DNA of 64,000 nucleotides from Anaeromyxobacteraceae bacterium (GTDB taxonomy: Bacteria > Myxococcota > Myxococcia > Myxococcales > Anaeromyxobacteraceae): assembly GCA_035719345.1 (NCBI GenBank), contig DASTGH010000394.1:39647-103646 (forward strand), read 5' to 3'. The notes below the pieces were generated by a model. That model had not been told where the DNA came from. It ran no database searches and worked only from the letters and a program-made list of their open reading frames with translations. How positions within the stretch are numbered: position 1 is the first letter of the stretch; every line of letters begins with the position of its first letter. The translations under genes and the position numbers were made by a program. Shown here one piece after another: positions 1 through 9,439 of the stretch.

Positions 1-804
1 GCCACCTGGCTTCGGAGCCGGCCGCGCGCCGAGCGTCGGCGAAAGCCAAGGCCGAGGCCGACCCTCCACGACCTCCCGCGACTCCTCGCCATCGGCGCAG
101 GCGGCATCGTCGGCAACCAGGCGCTCTTCGTGGTCGGCCTGGCGCTCACGAGCGTCGCGCACGGCGCCATCCTCGCCGCGCTGACGCCGATCCTCGTGCT
201 GCTCGGGAGCGCCGCCATCGGCACCGAGGCGCTCACCCGCCGCAAGCTCGTGGGCGGCGTCCTGGCGCTGCTGGGCGTGGTGGTGCTCCAGCTCGCCAGA
301 GCGCACGCTGCAACCGCCCCGGGGGTCAGCCAGGCCACCCTCGCCGGCGATCTGGTCGTCCTCGCGTCGACCGTGCTCTTCGCCGGCTTCGCCGTTTTCG
401 GGAAGCGCGCCGCATCCGAGTTCGGCGCGACGACCTTGAACGTCGTCGGCTACGTCGGCGGGGCCGCGCTGCTCTTGCCGTTCACCGTCTGGCAGGTGCT
501 CATCCACCCGCTCACGAGCCTCACGCCCACCGCCTGGCTCGGCGTGGCGTTCATGGGCACCTGCCCGTCGCTCGCCGGCTACCTCATCTACGCCCACGCG
601 CTGAAGTGGCTCCCGGCTTCGCGCGTCGCCACGATCTCGTACCTCCAGCCGCTCCTCGCCACGGCGTTCGCCGTGCTCCTGCTGGGTGAGCGCCCCGGCG
701 TCGGCTTCTTCGCGGCCACAGCCCTGGTCGTCGCCGGAGTATGGGTGGCGCAGCGTCCCTCGACGCCCGCGCGTCGCGCCCCCGCGGCAGACGTGCGGCG
801 ATAG
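1..804 (+). CDS. DMT/EamA-family transporter (5' end outside window)
   Basis: Frame is open from base 1; multiple hydrophobic helices; 'GDLVVLASTVLFAGFAVFGK' and 'SYLQPLLATAFAVLLLGERP' are EamA-like. Confidence 0.85.
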   Translation, partial: ATWLRSRPRAERRRKPRPRPTLHDLPRLLAIGAGGIVGNQALFVVGLALTSVAHGAILAALTPILVLLGSAAIGTEALTRRKLVGGVLALLGVVVLQLARAHAATAPGVSQATLAGDLVVLASTVLFAGFAVFGKRAASEFGATTLNVVGYVGGAALLLPFTVWQVLIHPLTSLTPTAWLGVAFMGTCPSLAGYLIYAHALKWLPASRVATISYLQPLLATAFAVLLLGERPGVGFFAATALVVAGVWVAQRPSTPARRAPAADVRR

Positions 805-944
805 GCTGGAGATCGCCGAGTTCGCCGACAGCGACCACGGACGCACGCGGGACTCCACGCGCACGGGCCGAGCGGGATGCGCCGCGCGCGGGCCTGCTCA
901 CCTCAACGACCTGCTCGCGCCCAGATGGGCGCGACGACGCAGCC

Positions 945-1215
945 ATGGCCAGCAGCGGCAGGTGGCAGGAGAGCATCCGGGTGGGCTTCCAGGTCTTCGC
1001 TCGCGACGGCGGGGAGGAGTACGGCACCGTGCGCGACGTCTGCCCGGGCGGCCGCACGCGGCTCTTCGTCAACATCGAGAACGGCGGCGACTCCTGCCTC
1101 CCCTTCGACGCCATCGTGGACGTCCACTCGGAGAAGGTGATGGTCGACGCGAAGCGGCTCGACCGGAGGTGCGCCGCGCCGTCGCGCACGCGCACGACGC
1201 CGAACGCCCCGGCCG
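945..1215 (+). pseudogene. Small conserved hypothetical protein (PRC-barrel-like), frameshifted near 1165
   Basis: 'IRVGFQVFARDGGEEYGTVRDV...FVNIENGGD...DAIVDVHSEKVMVD' continues in another frame as 'EVRRAVAHAHDAERPG'. End is approximate. Confidence 0.5.
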
Positions 1216-1453
1216 TATCCTCCCGGGATGGACGCAGTCGACCACCGCTCCGCATTCTCGACCAGTTCTCGAGACAAGCCGTCCCCTTTGTCGGGGTGCT
1301 GAGCGCGCGCGTGCGCCCAGGGCCGATGGGCGTGCCGCGGCACACGGTCTGCACGTGGTCGGTCCGCCTCCCCGAGGGTGACGAGCGATGGATGGCGGGC
1401 TCGTGAATCAACGGGCCAGGAGCTGGGGCGGTCGTGACGCCGCCGGAGGGACG

Positions 1454-1744
1454 ATGGCTGCCTATCTCGTTGGAAGAATGACGGTGAAGAACCCGGAGCT
1501 GTGGAGGGAGTACGTGGCGGGCGTCGGGCGCTCGCTAGCGCCGTTCGACGCTCAGATTCTGTTTCGGGGAGAGGCAGGGTCGCCGCTCGCGGGTGAGCTC
1601 CCGCACGATCGCGCCGTGGTGATCCGATTCATCGACGAGGACGCGGTGCTCGCCTGGTTTCATTCGGCGGACTACCAAGCTCTCGTGCCGCTACGGAACC
1701 GGGCGGCCGACGTGGACCTCGCCTGGTATCGCGATGCGACCTGA
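1454..1744 (+). CDS. DUF1330 family protein
   Basis: GGAGG RBS then 'MAAYLVGRMTVKNPELWREYV...VVIRF...AWFHSADYQALVPLR', typical of DUF1330. Confidence 0.85.
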   Translation: MAAYLVGRMTVKNPELWREYVAGVGRSLAPFDAQILFRGEAGSPLAGELPHDRAVVIRFIDEDAVLAWFHSADYQALVPLRNRAADVDLAWYRDAT

Positions 1745-1879
1745 CACCACGGGCGCGGTCGGGCGCCTGCGACCGACATGGATCGCTTCGGCCGCGATGC
1801 GCGGCGGATAGGGCTCGACCCACCCGCGCGTGCTCGATTCGATCTCGGGTATTGCGCGGAGCGACGCGTTCGGCCGAGC

Positions 1880-2013
1880 GAGGCCGAGATGTGCTCAGAA
1901 ACACGACGGCCGCCCTGGTGGGCGGCCGTTCGGTGCCGTCTGCCGTAGCAGATGGCCGTGGTTGCGGGGGCGCGCGACGCACGTTGTCTGAGAGTTTCGA
2001 GTTCAGCGCGTAG
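1880..2013 (+). repeat. Relic att junction: recombinase C-terminal tail + att core + attP-side arm
   Basis: 1891-2013 translates as VLRNTTAALVGGRSVPSAVADGRGCGGARRTLSESFEFSA*. It contains TGGTTGCGGGGGC (1959-1971), the reverse complement of a tRNA-fMet 3' end with CCA. The left part recurs at ~18105-18188 and the right part at 12448-12501. Confidence 0.8.
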
Positions 2014-2071
2014 CCGGGTGCACGTGCCGCGGCCGAGCGGCGAGCCTCTGGGAGCGTCGCGCACACCAGCA

Positions 2072-4666
2072 TCACTCGACCCAGTAGTTCACCACGATGT
2101 ACTGCGCCGTGCTGTCGTTCGGATACGGATAGGCGAACAGGCCGACGCTGTACTGCCGCAGCGTGTCTTTCATCGAGATCGGGATGGGGGGGACCTGGCC
2201 GCTCACCGTGGTCTGCTTCGTCGTGTCGTAAGAGCTCGAGTAGCCGTAGTGGAAGCCTGCCCGCTCGCCCACCAAGACGCCGCCGCGAACCTCCTGGCCC
2301 TCGACCCCGACCTGCAGGTTGAACTCCGAGCCGTACCCGCTGGAGGTGCCGTTCGCCAGGCTGAGGCCAGAACCGCCGCTGTTGGCGACGCCCACCGAGA
2401 AGATGAGCTCGTCCGGGGTGCGGAAGCCGCCCAGGCTGGCGTTGGTCGGGACGAGCTTCGTGTAGGTGGTTCCCTTGGCATCCGTCGCGGTGCCGCTCGC
2501 GGTCATCGGCAGGATGCTCTACATCTCGGCGTGCGTCGCGTAGCTCCATGGGTCGTACGCAGCGTGACGCTTGCCGGTGGCCGGGTTGAACGCCTGGTCC
2601 GGCACCCGGTACGCCTCCGGAACGATCGAGTTGAACAGATCGAGGTCGAACTGCTTGATCACCGGGTTGCGGGGAACCTGGATGGCGAGATCGTAGCCCG
2701 CCTTCCCGTCGGGTGAGCTCACCACGGTGTAGTGGTAGATGTCGTAAGGGACCGAGACGAACACCACCTGGTCCTCGCCCGATCCCGTGAAGAACGAGGT
2801 GGCGACCGACTGCGTTCCCCCGTCGGTGAAGTTCCAGTCCATCGAGACGTCGACGTTGAGCTTGAACTGCTCCTTGGCGGCGCTGCCCCAGATCGGGGCT
2901 TCGGCCTCGAACCCCAGGCTCAGCCCGGCGTAGAAGCCTTTCGCCTTCGTGGTGCTCACCTGCGTGCCGGCTTCCCACTCGATGGTCGTGTTGCCGGTCC
3001 CGTTCGCGTCCTGTCCCTGGTAGACCGGCGGCGAGACCAGGACCGCCAGGACCCGCGGGTTGGAGTAGAGGAGCTCGTAATCCTTGTACTGCAGGACCAG
3101 GTTTCTATCTCGGTGCGCGTTCACCGCGGTCAGCGTGGTGCTTCCGTAGGCGTACAGCGGCCACGTCTTCGTCTGCTCGAATTTCCCGTCCTGCACATTG
3201 TACGACCAGATCTCGAGATAGCCGCCGGCGTCGACGTACGCCACGCCATCCCGACCGTCGTTGTTGAAGTTGCCCACGGTTACCCGGTCTCCGAACGCTG
3301 GCGTGAGGACTTGGCACGAGCCGTTGCCCCACATGCACGCGAGCTTGCTGCCTTGGAGCTGCAGGACGTAGGTATTGGCGAGCAGCGCGTTCTTCGTGGG
3401 ATCACCGTCCGGCTTGAAAACGGCTGCCACCGGCATTCCCCCGGAGTCCATTGCATACTCTTTCGAGGTCAGGGCCAGGTGAGTTCGGGTCTTGGAATCG
3501 TGGTGATACACGGTGACGGCGAGCTGGTGGTCGACGATGCAGGGGCTGGTGGACGTGCACTCGCAAGGGCTGAGCAGTGTGCAGACGTTCGCGCCCTGGG
3601 TGCCGGTCACCAGCATTCCGCTCGTGATGAAGTTGGGCGCCTCACCGACGAAGGCGATCTCATTGATATGGTCGCCGTCCAGATCCCCGATGGAGGGCCG
3701 GGCGAAAGCGTAGTCCTTGCCGCCCGCTTCGTTCGTCTCGGTGACCGTCCCGCTTTCCTTCTCGACGAGCTTGCCCCCAATCAAGTTGTAGATCATGTAC
3801 TGGGCGTGAATTGATTCACTGTAGGCGCCATTCACTGCCACGATCTCGGGCACGCCGTCCGTGTCCACGTCGCCGGCCGCCACGGTCGTGAGTTGGTCGT
3901 CGCTCAGACCGGGACGGTAAGAGACCTCATCGAGGATGTTGAATCGGTCGGAGGGCGCGTCGTACTTCAGCAGGCGCACCGTCTTCCCTGTGGCGATGAC
4001 GAGCTCGTCCGCCCCGTCGCTGTCGAGATCCGCGGCGACGATCTGCAGATTGTTCCAGGAGCCGTCTTGGCTGGGCAGCGGATGGCCGAACGTGAAATTG
4101 CCCTGGATCTGATACGGACCCTTCTCGTAGAACTGCCCCGTTGCCACGTCGCGGCCGGTCACGCGCAGGAACGCCGTCGGCGCAGGGGTCGCGGTGGGGT
4201 TCCTGTAGAACACCACTGCCTCCTGTTGCCCCTCTCCCCTCAGGTCGGCCGCCGTGGAGGTGGACTCGTACGTGAACCAGTCCGTGGCGTCCGTCGAGAA
4301 GAGCGGCTTGAAGCCGTTCAGGCCATCGTCCAGAAGGATCTGGTGCTTCCCTCCGTAGGCGGCCCCGAAGGCGGCGGGATAGGTCGTCAACCCGGACAAA
4401 TACAACTGGCTGTCCGGATGGAAGACGAAGGTCTTCTCCCGCAACGGCTGGAGCGTGTCGGAGTCCGTCCGCGGCTGAGAGGCTGGCACGCCGAGCTTCT
4501 GCAGCATCGTCTGCGCATCGCCACCGCCATCGCCACCGCCACCGCCGCCGCCACCACGACTGCCGCACGCGAGGGTCAGGCCCAACGTCACCAGCACGCC
4601 CGCCCAAGAACCGCACCGCGCCCCGAGAAGCTCGCGTCGCATGGTTCCCCTCCGATGCGCGCCCAC
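2072..4666 (-). pseudogene. Large FG-GAP/VCBS-repeat lipoprotein interrupted by one in-frame TAG (2519-2521)
   Basis: Lipobox LTLAC, Gly linker, repeats DLDSDGADEL, DVDTDGVPEI, DLDGDHINEI, NFNNDGRDG. ORF 2072-2506 is in frame 12 nt after the TAG (HAEM*SILPMTAS). True start may be ATG 4642. Confidence 0.75.
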
Positions 4667-5105
4667 TCGGGGCTGAGCATCACTACCAGTAGATCCGTCC
4701 AGCGTACGAAACGGCAGCAGCTATGCGGGTTGACTCCGGGGATATAGTGCGCGAGGCGGGCCACGGAAGCGTGAGACCGACGGTCACACCAACGCTGGCA
4801 CACACCCACTACCCGTCTCCCTTGCCAACATCATCCCATTGCACCGAACGCCTCCTTCCATTGCCGCTTGGCTGAGCGGTTCGCTCGAGTCGGTGCGCAG
4901 CAGGTGCCAGCGCCAGAGTGCGCTCAGCGTCCAGTTCGCTCGCGACAACGCGGGGACGCCCAGTGAGACGAGGATCGGGATTGCCCTCCAGCCGAGACTC
5001 TGGGACGCGTGCAGAAGATCCTTCCCGAACGTGGCTTTGGGGCTGAATGCGGTCTCGCCGACACTACGGCACGCGCCCATGAAGGCGCGGCCCCACGCGC
5101 GAGCC

Positions 5106-5693
5106 TCACTTGACGCGCGACCGCGGCGCTGCGGCCGGCAGTGCACTCGCGCGCCGGCGAGACCAAGCTCTGACGCGCGCGATTTCGCGCGGTGGGAGGC
5201 CGAGCGCCTCGAGAAAGTCCTGGTGCGACTCGGGCGCGAAGCGCTCGAATTCTTGATGCCAGGCATCCATCCCGGCGTCGTCGAGGCCGGCCGCGCGGAG
5301 CAGTCGGACCCACGCCGCCTTGCCCAGCGCGCGCGATCGCCGGCGGAGCGAAGGTCGCCGCAGGATGCGGACGATCGTCTCCTGTTGCGCCCGGAGCCGC
5401 GCCATCTCGGCGTTCAGCGCCGCGAGTCGTCGCTCGAGCACCGCCGCCGCTGCGGTCCCGTGTCCGCGCGTTCCGCCCGCGTCCGACTCGAGCAGGTGCC
5501 TGATGTCGGCGAGCGGAACGCCCGCGGCGCGGTACCGGCACACCTGCTCGAGGCGGGCAGCATCGCGCGCGTCGTACCACCGGTAGCCGGCGGCGGTCCG
5601 GCCGGACGGGCGCAGCAGTCCGAGCCCGTCGTAGTAGAGCAGCGTGCTCCGCGAGAGCCCGAACCTACGCGCCAGCCGGCCGACCGTTTCCAT
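5106..5693 (-). CDS. MerR-family transcriptional regulator
   Basis: 'TVGRLARRFGLSRSTLLYYDGLGLLRPSGRTAAGYRWY' MerR HTH, coiled coil and a small C-terminal domain. Confidence 0.92.
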   Translation of the reverse strand: METVGRLARRFGLSRSTLLYYDGLGLLRPSGRTAAGYRWYDARDAARLEQVCRYRAAGVPLADIRHLLESDAGGTRGHGTAAAAVLERRLAALNAEMARLRAQQETIVRILRRPSLRRRSRALGKAAWVRLLRAAGLDDAGMDAWHQEFERFAPESHQDFLEALGLPPREIARVRAWSRRRASALPAAAPRSRVK

Positions 5694-5705
5694 CGTCCCG
5701 CCAGC

Positions 5706-5900
5706 CTAGCGCGACGCGGCGCGGATGCGGGCCACCTCGTCGGACGGGATACCGAGCCAACGCAGCAGCGCCTCGTGCGACGTCGGCGCGCTGCGCTCGA
5801 GCTCGCGGTGCCAGGCGTCGAGCCCCGCGTCGTCGAGTCCCGCCGCGCGCAAGATCCTGACCCACTCCACCTTCGTCATCCCCACGTTCTCGAGCTCCAT
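5706..5900 (-). CDS. 64-aa stand-alone paralog of the MerR C-terminal domain
   Basis: GGAGG RBS. 'KVEWVRILRAAGLDDAGLDAWHRELERSAP' matches MerR 'KAAWVRLLRAAGLDDAGMDAWHQEFERFAP'. Confidence 0.8.
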   Translation of the reverse strand: MELENVGMTKVEWVRILRAAGLDDAGLDAWHRELERSAPTSHEALLRWLGIPSDEVARIRAASR

Positions 5901-5961
5901 GTGCGTCCTCCCGTCCCGGCGCGCCGCCGCGGGATGCGACTCGTCGCCGGCACGGTCGTGA

Positions 5962-5992
5962 ATCCTGAGGTGTGAAGCTGTAGACGGGTCAA
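5962..5992 (-). promoter_or_regulatory. Putative MerR-type promoter (TTGACC-19 nt-CAGGAT)
   Basis: Minus strand: -35 TTGACC (5992-5987), 19-nt spacer, weak -10 CAGGAT (5967-5962). A 19-bp spacer is characteristic of MerR-activated promoters. Confidence 0.45.
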
Positions 5993-6142
5993 GTCGGCGC
6001 GCTCCGAGACGTGAGAGTGCGCAGCAACGACTTCATGGATCCGGCGAGTCGACGCGCGTCGCAGCGTTCACATCGAGCAGCGGGGTAGCGCTTCGATGTC
6101 CTAAGGAATCGGCTCTGGCGTCGTCTGGTAGCGTTCGCCGTC

Positions 6143-6231
6143 TGGGCTTGATCCGGCTCGGCAGACAGGTTCACTACGCGACTCACCGTATCTCCCTTTC
6201 GGTCGGTGTCCACTTCGCCGGATCAAGCCCA
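6143..6231 (-). mobile_element. 89-bp internally deleted IS3-like element (MITE)
   Basis: Perfect 15-bp terminal inverted repeats TGGGCTTGATCCGGC, TG...CA ends. On the minus strand the left IR is followed by an RBS (AAGGGAG) and GTG, fused to ...GTCGCGTAG and the right IR. No target duplication seen. Confidence 0.75.
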
Positions 6232-6598
6232 GATCCGGTTCGCGAACGCTCACCGCGACCAGCGGAGGGCGCGAAAGTACTACGGAGACGTGAGGAACAG
6301 CCTCGCGTTCCACTACCGGTACGGGGGATCCTCCATCACGGGCGGCTACCAGCGCCACTTCGCGACCACGCCACGCCGCCCCGAAAGCGAGCACGCCTAC
6401 ATGTCGCTGGGCGAGTCGATGGAGCGGACGCGGTTCTTCTTCGCGGACGCAGCCGCGCAGGCTGCCGTGCGAGAGAAGGTGAGGACGCTGGGGCTCCCGG
6501 CCGACACGGTGGTGGGCTACTCGCGCATGCTGAACATGGCGCTGCGGTTCATCGTGGAGGAGTTACTGGTCGAGGTGGGCGCGCTCCCTGGCGGGTAA
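6232..6598 (+). pseudogene. C-terminal remnant of a HEPN-like protein
   Basis: 'VRNSLAFHY' fits the HEPN RxxxxxH motif; the 5' part is disrupted by the MITE. Confidence 0.45.
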
Positions 6599-7048
6599 GC
6601 CGCAGCGCCGGCCCGCCGACGGGCTCTCAGGTCCACCGACGCGTGGGCCCCGTCAGCTTGAAGCCGCGGTGGGGTGCGAGCGGCTGTGACGGGTTGCGCG
6701 CTGCGGTGGGCCGCGGCTGACGACCGCGCCCACAAGAGTCAGCGCGCCAGCGGCACCGTGACGTTCAGTGGATCGCTGCCCTGCCGTGCTACCATCGCCG
6801 TTGCCGGGTCGGCTCGCTTCGGGTGCGCCCGATGACGCGCGGCTTCACACCCTCCAGAGCGGCGCGAGGGCCTTCCGGTGACGAGGAGCGCCGGTTGCCA
6901 GACGCTCCTCGTCCTTGCCTCGCCGCGTACACCGCACGTCAAACGAGGTTTGCGCTCTCGGTGGGTTCCCACCCGCGCCTGGACTTGTGGTGTACGCGTG
7001 CCGGGGAGACGTTCCGCGGGCGGTTCGGGCGTGGGGAGCCGCATCCGC

Positions 7049-7083
7049 AACGGGAGGGGCCGCACCGCGGCTCCTCCCGTTTT
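7049..7083 (+). terminator. Rho-independent terminator-like hairpin
   Basis: CGGGAGGGGCCGC-acc-GCGGCTCCTCCCG followed by TTTT. Confidence 0.55.
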
Positions 7084-7350
7084 ACTAGGGGTTCATCATG
7101 ATAGAGGCCCCGGAGGCGGCCAGCCGACCGACCGCGGGGTCATGCGCCAAGTGCCCGCACACGAAGTGGAGGGTCCTCGTCGCAGACAAACGATGGAGTC
7201 GCTCGCCCGCGTGACAACGCGGGCGATCATGTTGACGCCGGCTCGCACGGCACATCACCGGCAGGGAGGCGCCACGGCTCGCGGCTGGGGTGAGCGGCGG
7301 GGTGTCGGCTCCCTTGCCGGCGCTGCTTCGACCCCTCGCACGCGGGGCTG

Positions 7351-7545
7351 TTAGTAGGGCACGCCCAGGTCCAGCCGATCGGCCTCTAACAGCGCTCGGG
7401 TTGCACGACGGAGAGCGAGTCTGATCCGGCCCTGAACACGGCCGGTGCGCGCGACGCAGGCATCGACCCGCTGGCTCGCCTTGCGCGCGTCCGCCGCGCG
7501 CGCCCGGATGCGCCGGAGTTCCCTCTCGATCTCTGCGGGGTCCAT
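7351..7545 (-). CDS. Small hypothetical coiled-coil protein (phage/element-like)
   Basis: 'MDPAEIERELRRIRARAADARKASQRVD...' after a GAGG RBS. Confidence 0.4.
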   Translation of the reverse strand: MDPAEIERELRRIRARAADARKASQRVDACVARTGRVQGRIRLALRRATRALLEADRLDLGVPY

Positions 7546-7612
7546 CCTCGGGAAAATGTACGCCCGATCCGCTCGCAGGGAAAACGCCCGACGAGGGCAC
7601 CAACCCCTTCGT

Positions 7613-7879
7613 CTACTTGCCCCTCGCTCCCGGAGTGCCCAGAGGTGGCGCGCCGGGCGGGCGCGCCGCCAAGCTGCGCACGACCACCACCGCCTCGGCC
7701 CCTGCTCGCTCCAGCGCGACGACGTAGCGTTCCACCTCCGCCTCGTCATCATCCGCGTACGCGAACACCGGCCCCTGGTCCCCGGCCCTCGCACGCCGCA
7801 GCTCCGCGACGCGTTCCTCCAGCCTCGCCACTCGCGCCGCCGCGCTGCTCGTCCTTGCCCTCGCCATGGCAGCCCGCAT
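7613..7879 (-). CDS. Small hypothetical protein
   Basis: Start overlaps the upstream stop (TGATG); 'ARVARLEERVAEL' coiled coil. Confidence 0.5.
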   Translation of the reverse strand: MRAAMARARTSSAAARVARLEERVAELRRARAGDQGPVFAYADDDEAEVERYVVALERAGAEAVVVVRSLAARPPGAPPLGTPGARGK

Positions 7880-8391
7880 CAGCCCCGCGCGCCCAGCATG
7901 ACGTCGAGCTGCGCGTTCAGCTCCGCGACCCTCGCCTCCATCTCCTGATCCGCGGCGAGCCGTGAGGCGTGCGTGAGCAGGCTGTCGGCCGCGAGCCGCC
8001 GCACGCCGTCTGAGCCGCTGGCGCGCATCAGCTCCGCCAGCACGCCCACCGCCTCGGCCGCCAGCGCTGCCGCGTTCCGCGACGCCGTCGCCAGCGCCTC
8101 GCCGCGCGCCTGACGCAACCGGTCCTGCACCTCGGGCAACTGGAGCAGCCCGTACCCCGTGGACCGCGCCAGCGAGGCGGCTTCTGCCGCCTGCGGCACG
8201 CTCAGCCCCTGGAGCAGGCCGGCGATGAGCGCGTCCACCTGGGCGTCGCGGCGCGGCCTGCCGGTGATCTGGCGCCCGCGGCCCGGTTCTCCGCCGTGCC
8301 CGTCGTGCTCGTCATCCCTCGTCTCGGTCCTGCTCTTCTCCGTGTCCGTTGTGGATGGCCCCGAGGGCGCGCGGGAGGCCCGTGGAGCCAC
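7879..8391 (-). CDS. Phage-like helix-turn-helix protein (small-terminase-like architecture)
   Basis: 'LIAGLLQGLSVPQAAEAASLARSTGYGLL.LPEVQ' HTH followed by 'AVGVLAELM...DGVRRLAADSLL'. Start is uncertain. Confidence 0.6.
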   Translation of the reverse strand: MAPRASRAPSGPSTTDTEKSRTETRDDEHDGHGGEPGRGRQITGRPRRDAQVDALIAGLLQGLSVPQAAEAASLARSTGYGLLQLPEVQDRLRQARGEALATASRNAAALAAEAVGVLAELMRASGSDGVRRLAADSLLTHASRLAADQEMEARVAELNAQLDVMLGARG

Positions 8392-8441
8392 GCAGCGCGC
8401 CGGGGGTACTGCGGTGAGGGGGTGGCCGCTCAGCGCCTCTC

Positions 8442-8732
8442 CTACGCCGCGGCGGCTCGATTTCTGCTGTCGTTCGGCACCCCATCGAGCCGGCTTTCGC
8501 GCATCCGCAGTCGGCGCTGCGCCAACCTCTGCGCGTCGTGCGCCTCGGGGCGGGCAAGCAGGGTCACGGGGTGCCCGCCGTCGTACGTCAGGAAGGCCCC
8601 CAGCTCTTCGACCCCGACTACGACCAGGGCTCCGTCGCGGCGAACGGCGGTGACGTGCGCGCGGGCGCCGCCGAGGTGGATGACATCGCCGGCCTGGAGG
8701 TCGCGGGCGGCGAGCTGCTGCGCTACGGGCAT
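8442..8732 (-). CDS. Small hypothetical protein, SH3-like beta barrel
   Basis: AGGAG RBS; 'ARDLQAGDVIHLGGARAHVTAV' beta pattern. Confidence 0.5.
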   Translation of the reverse strand: MPVAQQLAARDLQAGDVIHLGGARAHVTAVRRDGALVVVGVEELGAFLTYDGGHPVTLLARPEAHDAQRLAQRRLRMRESRLDGVPNDSRNRAAAA

Positions 8733-9439
8733 GTGACTGCTCCTGCGGGTCGTGGCTCCGCGCGCTCGCGCCGGCTAGCCCGGCTACGACCGCGTGGAAG
8801 CCTGGGTCGGGACTCCTGTTGCGCTTTCACGGGGAGGGGGGTACGACCGAGCGCGTGGGACGGAGCGAGAGCGAGCACGCAGCCCGCCGCACTGCGCTGG
8901 CTCACGCTCGGCTCGCGGCTGCCATGCGAGCACAGGCAGCGGTCTCGCGGAGGAAGGCCGCCGCGTCGAGGGCGGTCGCTGACGCGACCCGCGCCGAGGC
9001 AGCGGCGAGTCCTGCGGGGAGCGTGTCGGCCGGACTGCGCGAGTTCGACGCGACGCTGGCGGAGCAGTTCGCCGCAGTCGCGGAGCGCGAGGCCGCGACC
9101 TCGGAGGCCGAGGCGAGGACGGCGGAGAGCCGCGCAGCGAAGGCGATGGCGCGCGCGAAGGCGCTCCCCACTCTGCCGGCCACGAGCGAAGGCGTGGCCA
9201 ACAAACATGGTCGCCAGACGAGGGGCCGATCTGTACGCCGGCGTGGCTGAACCAGGGGCCGGCCAGGAAGTGCACTTCCGGGACGGTGGCGAGATCCCAA
9301 CTCTGGCGCGACACCACGTTCGCCCGCGCGTCGTAGCGGTAGCTCACACCAGCACCGCCCACCGTCGGACCTGCCATCAGCTCGAGCCGCCCGAAGTCGT
9401 CGCGCCGGTAGCTCACCGCCCGCCTGCCCCATCCGTCAC

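Noticed and set aside
4516-4560. (CCACCG/CCATCG)n simple repeat
   Set aside because: Encodes the Gly-rich linker after the lipobox; in-frame units, no sign of phase variation.
6924-7083. Known riboswitch (e.g. c-di-GMP/cGAMP GEMM-I)
   Set aside because: The GNRA tetraloop/receptor and other GEMM consensus elements could not be matched on either strand; kept only as unexplained structure.
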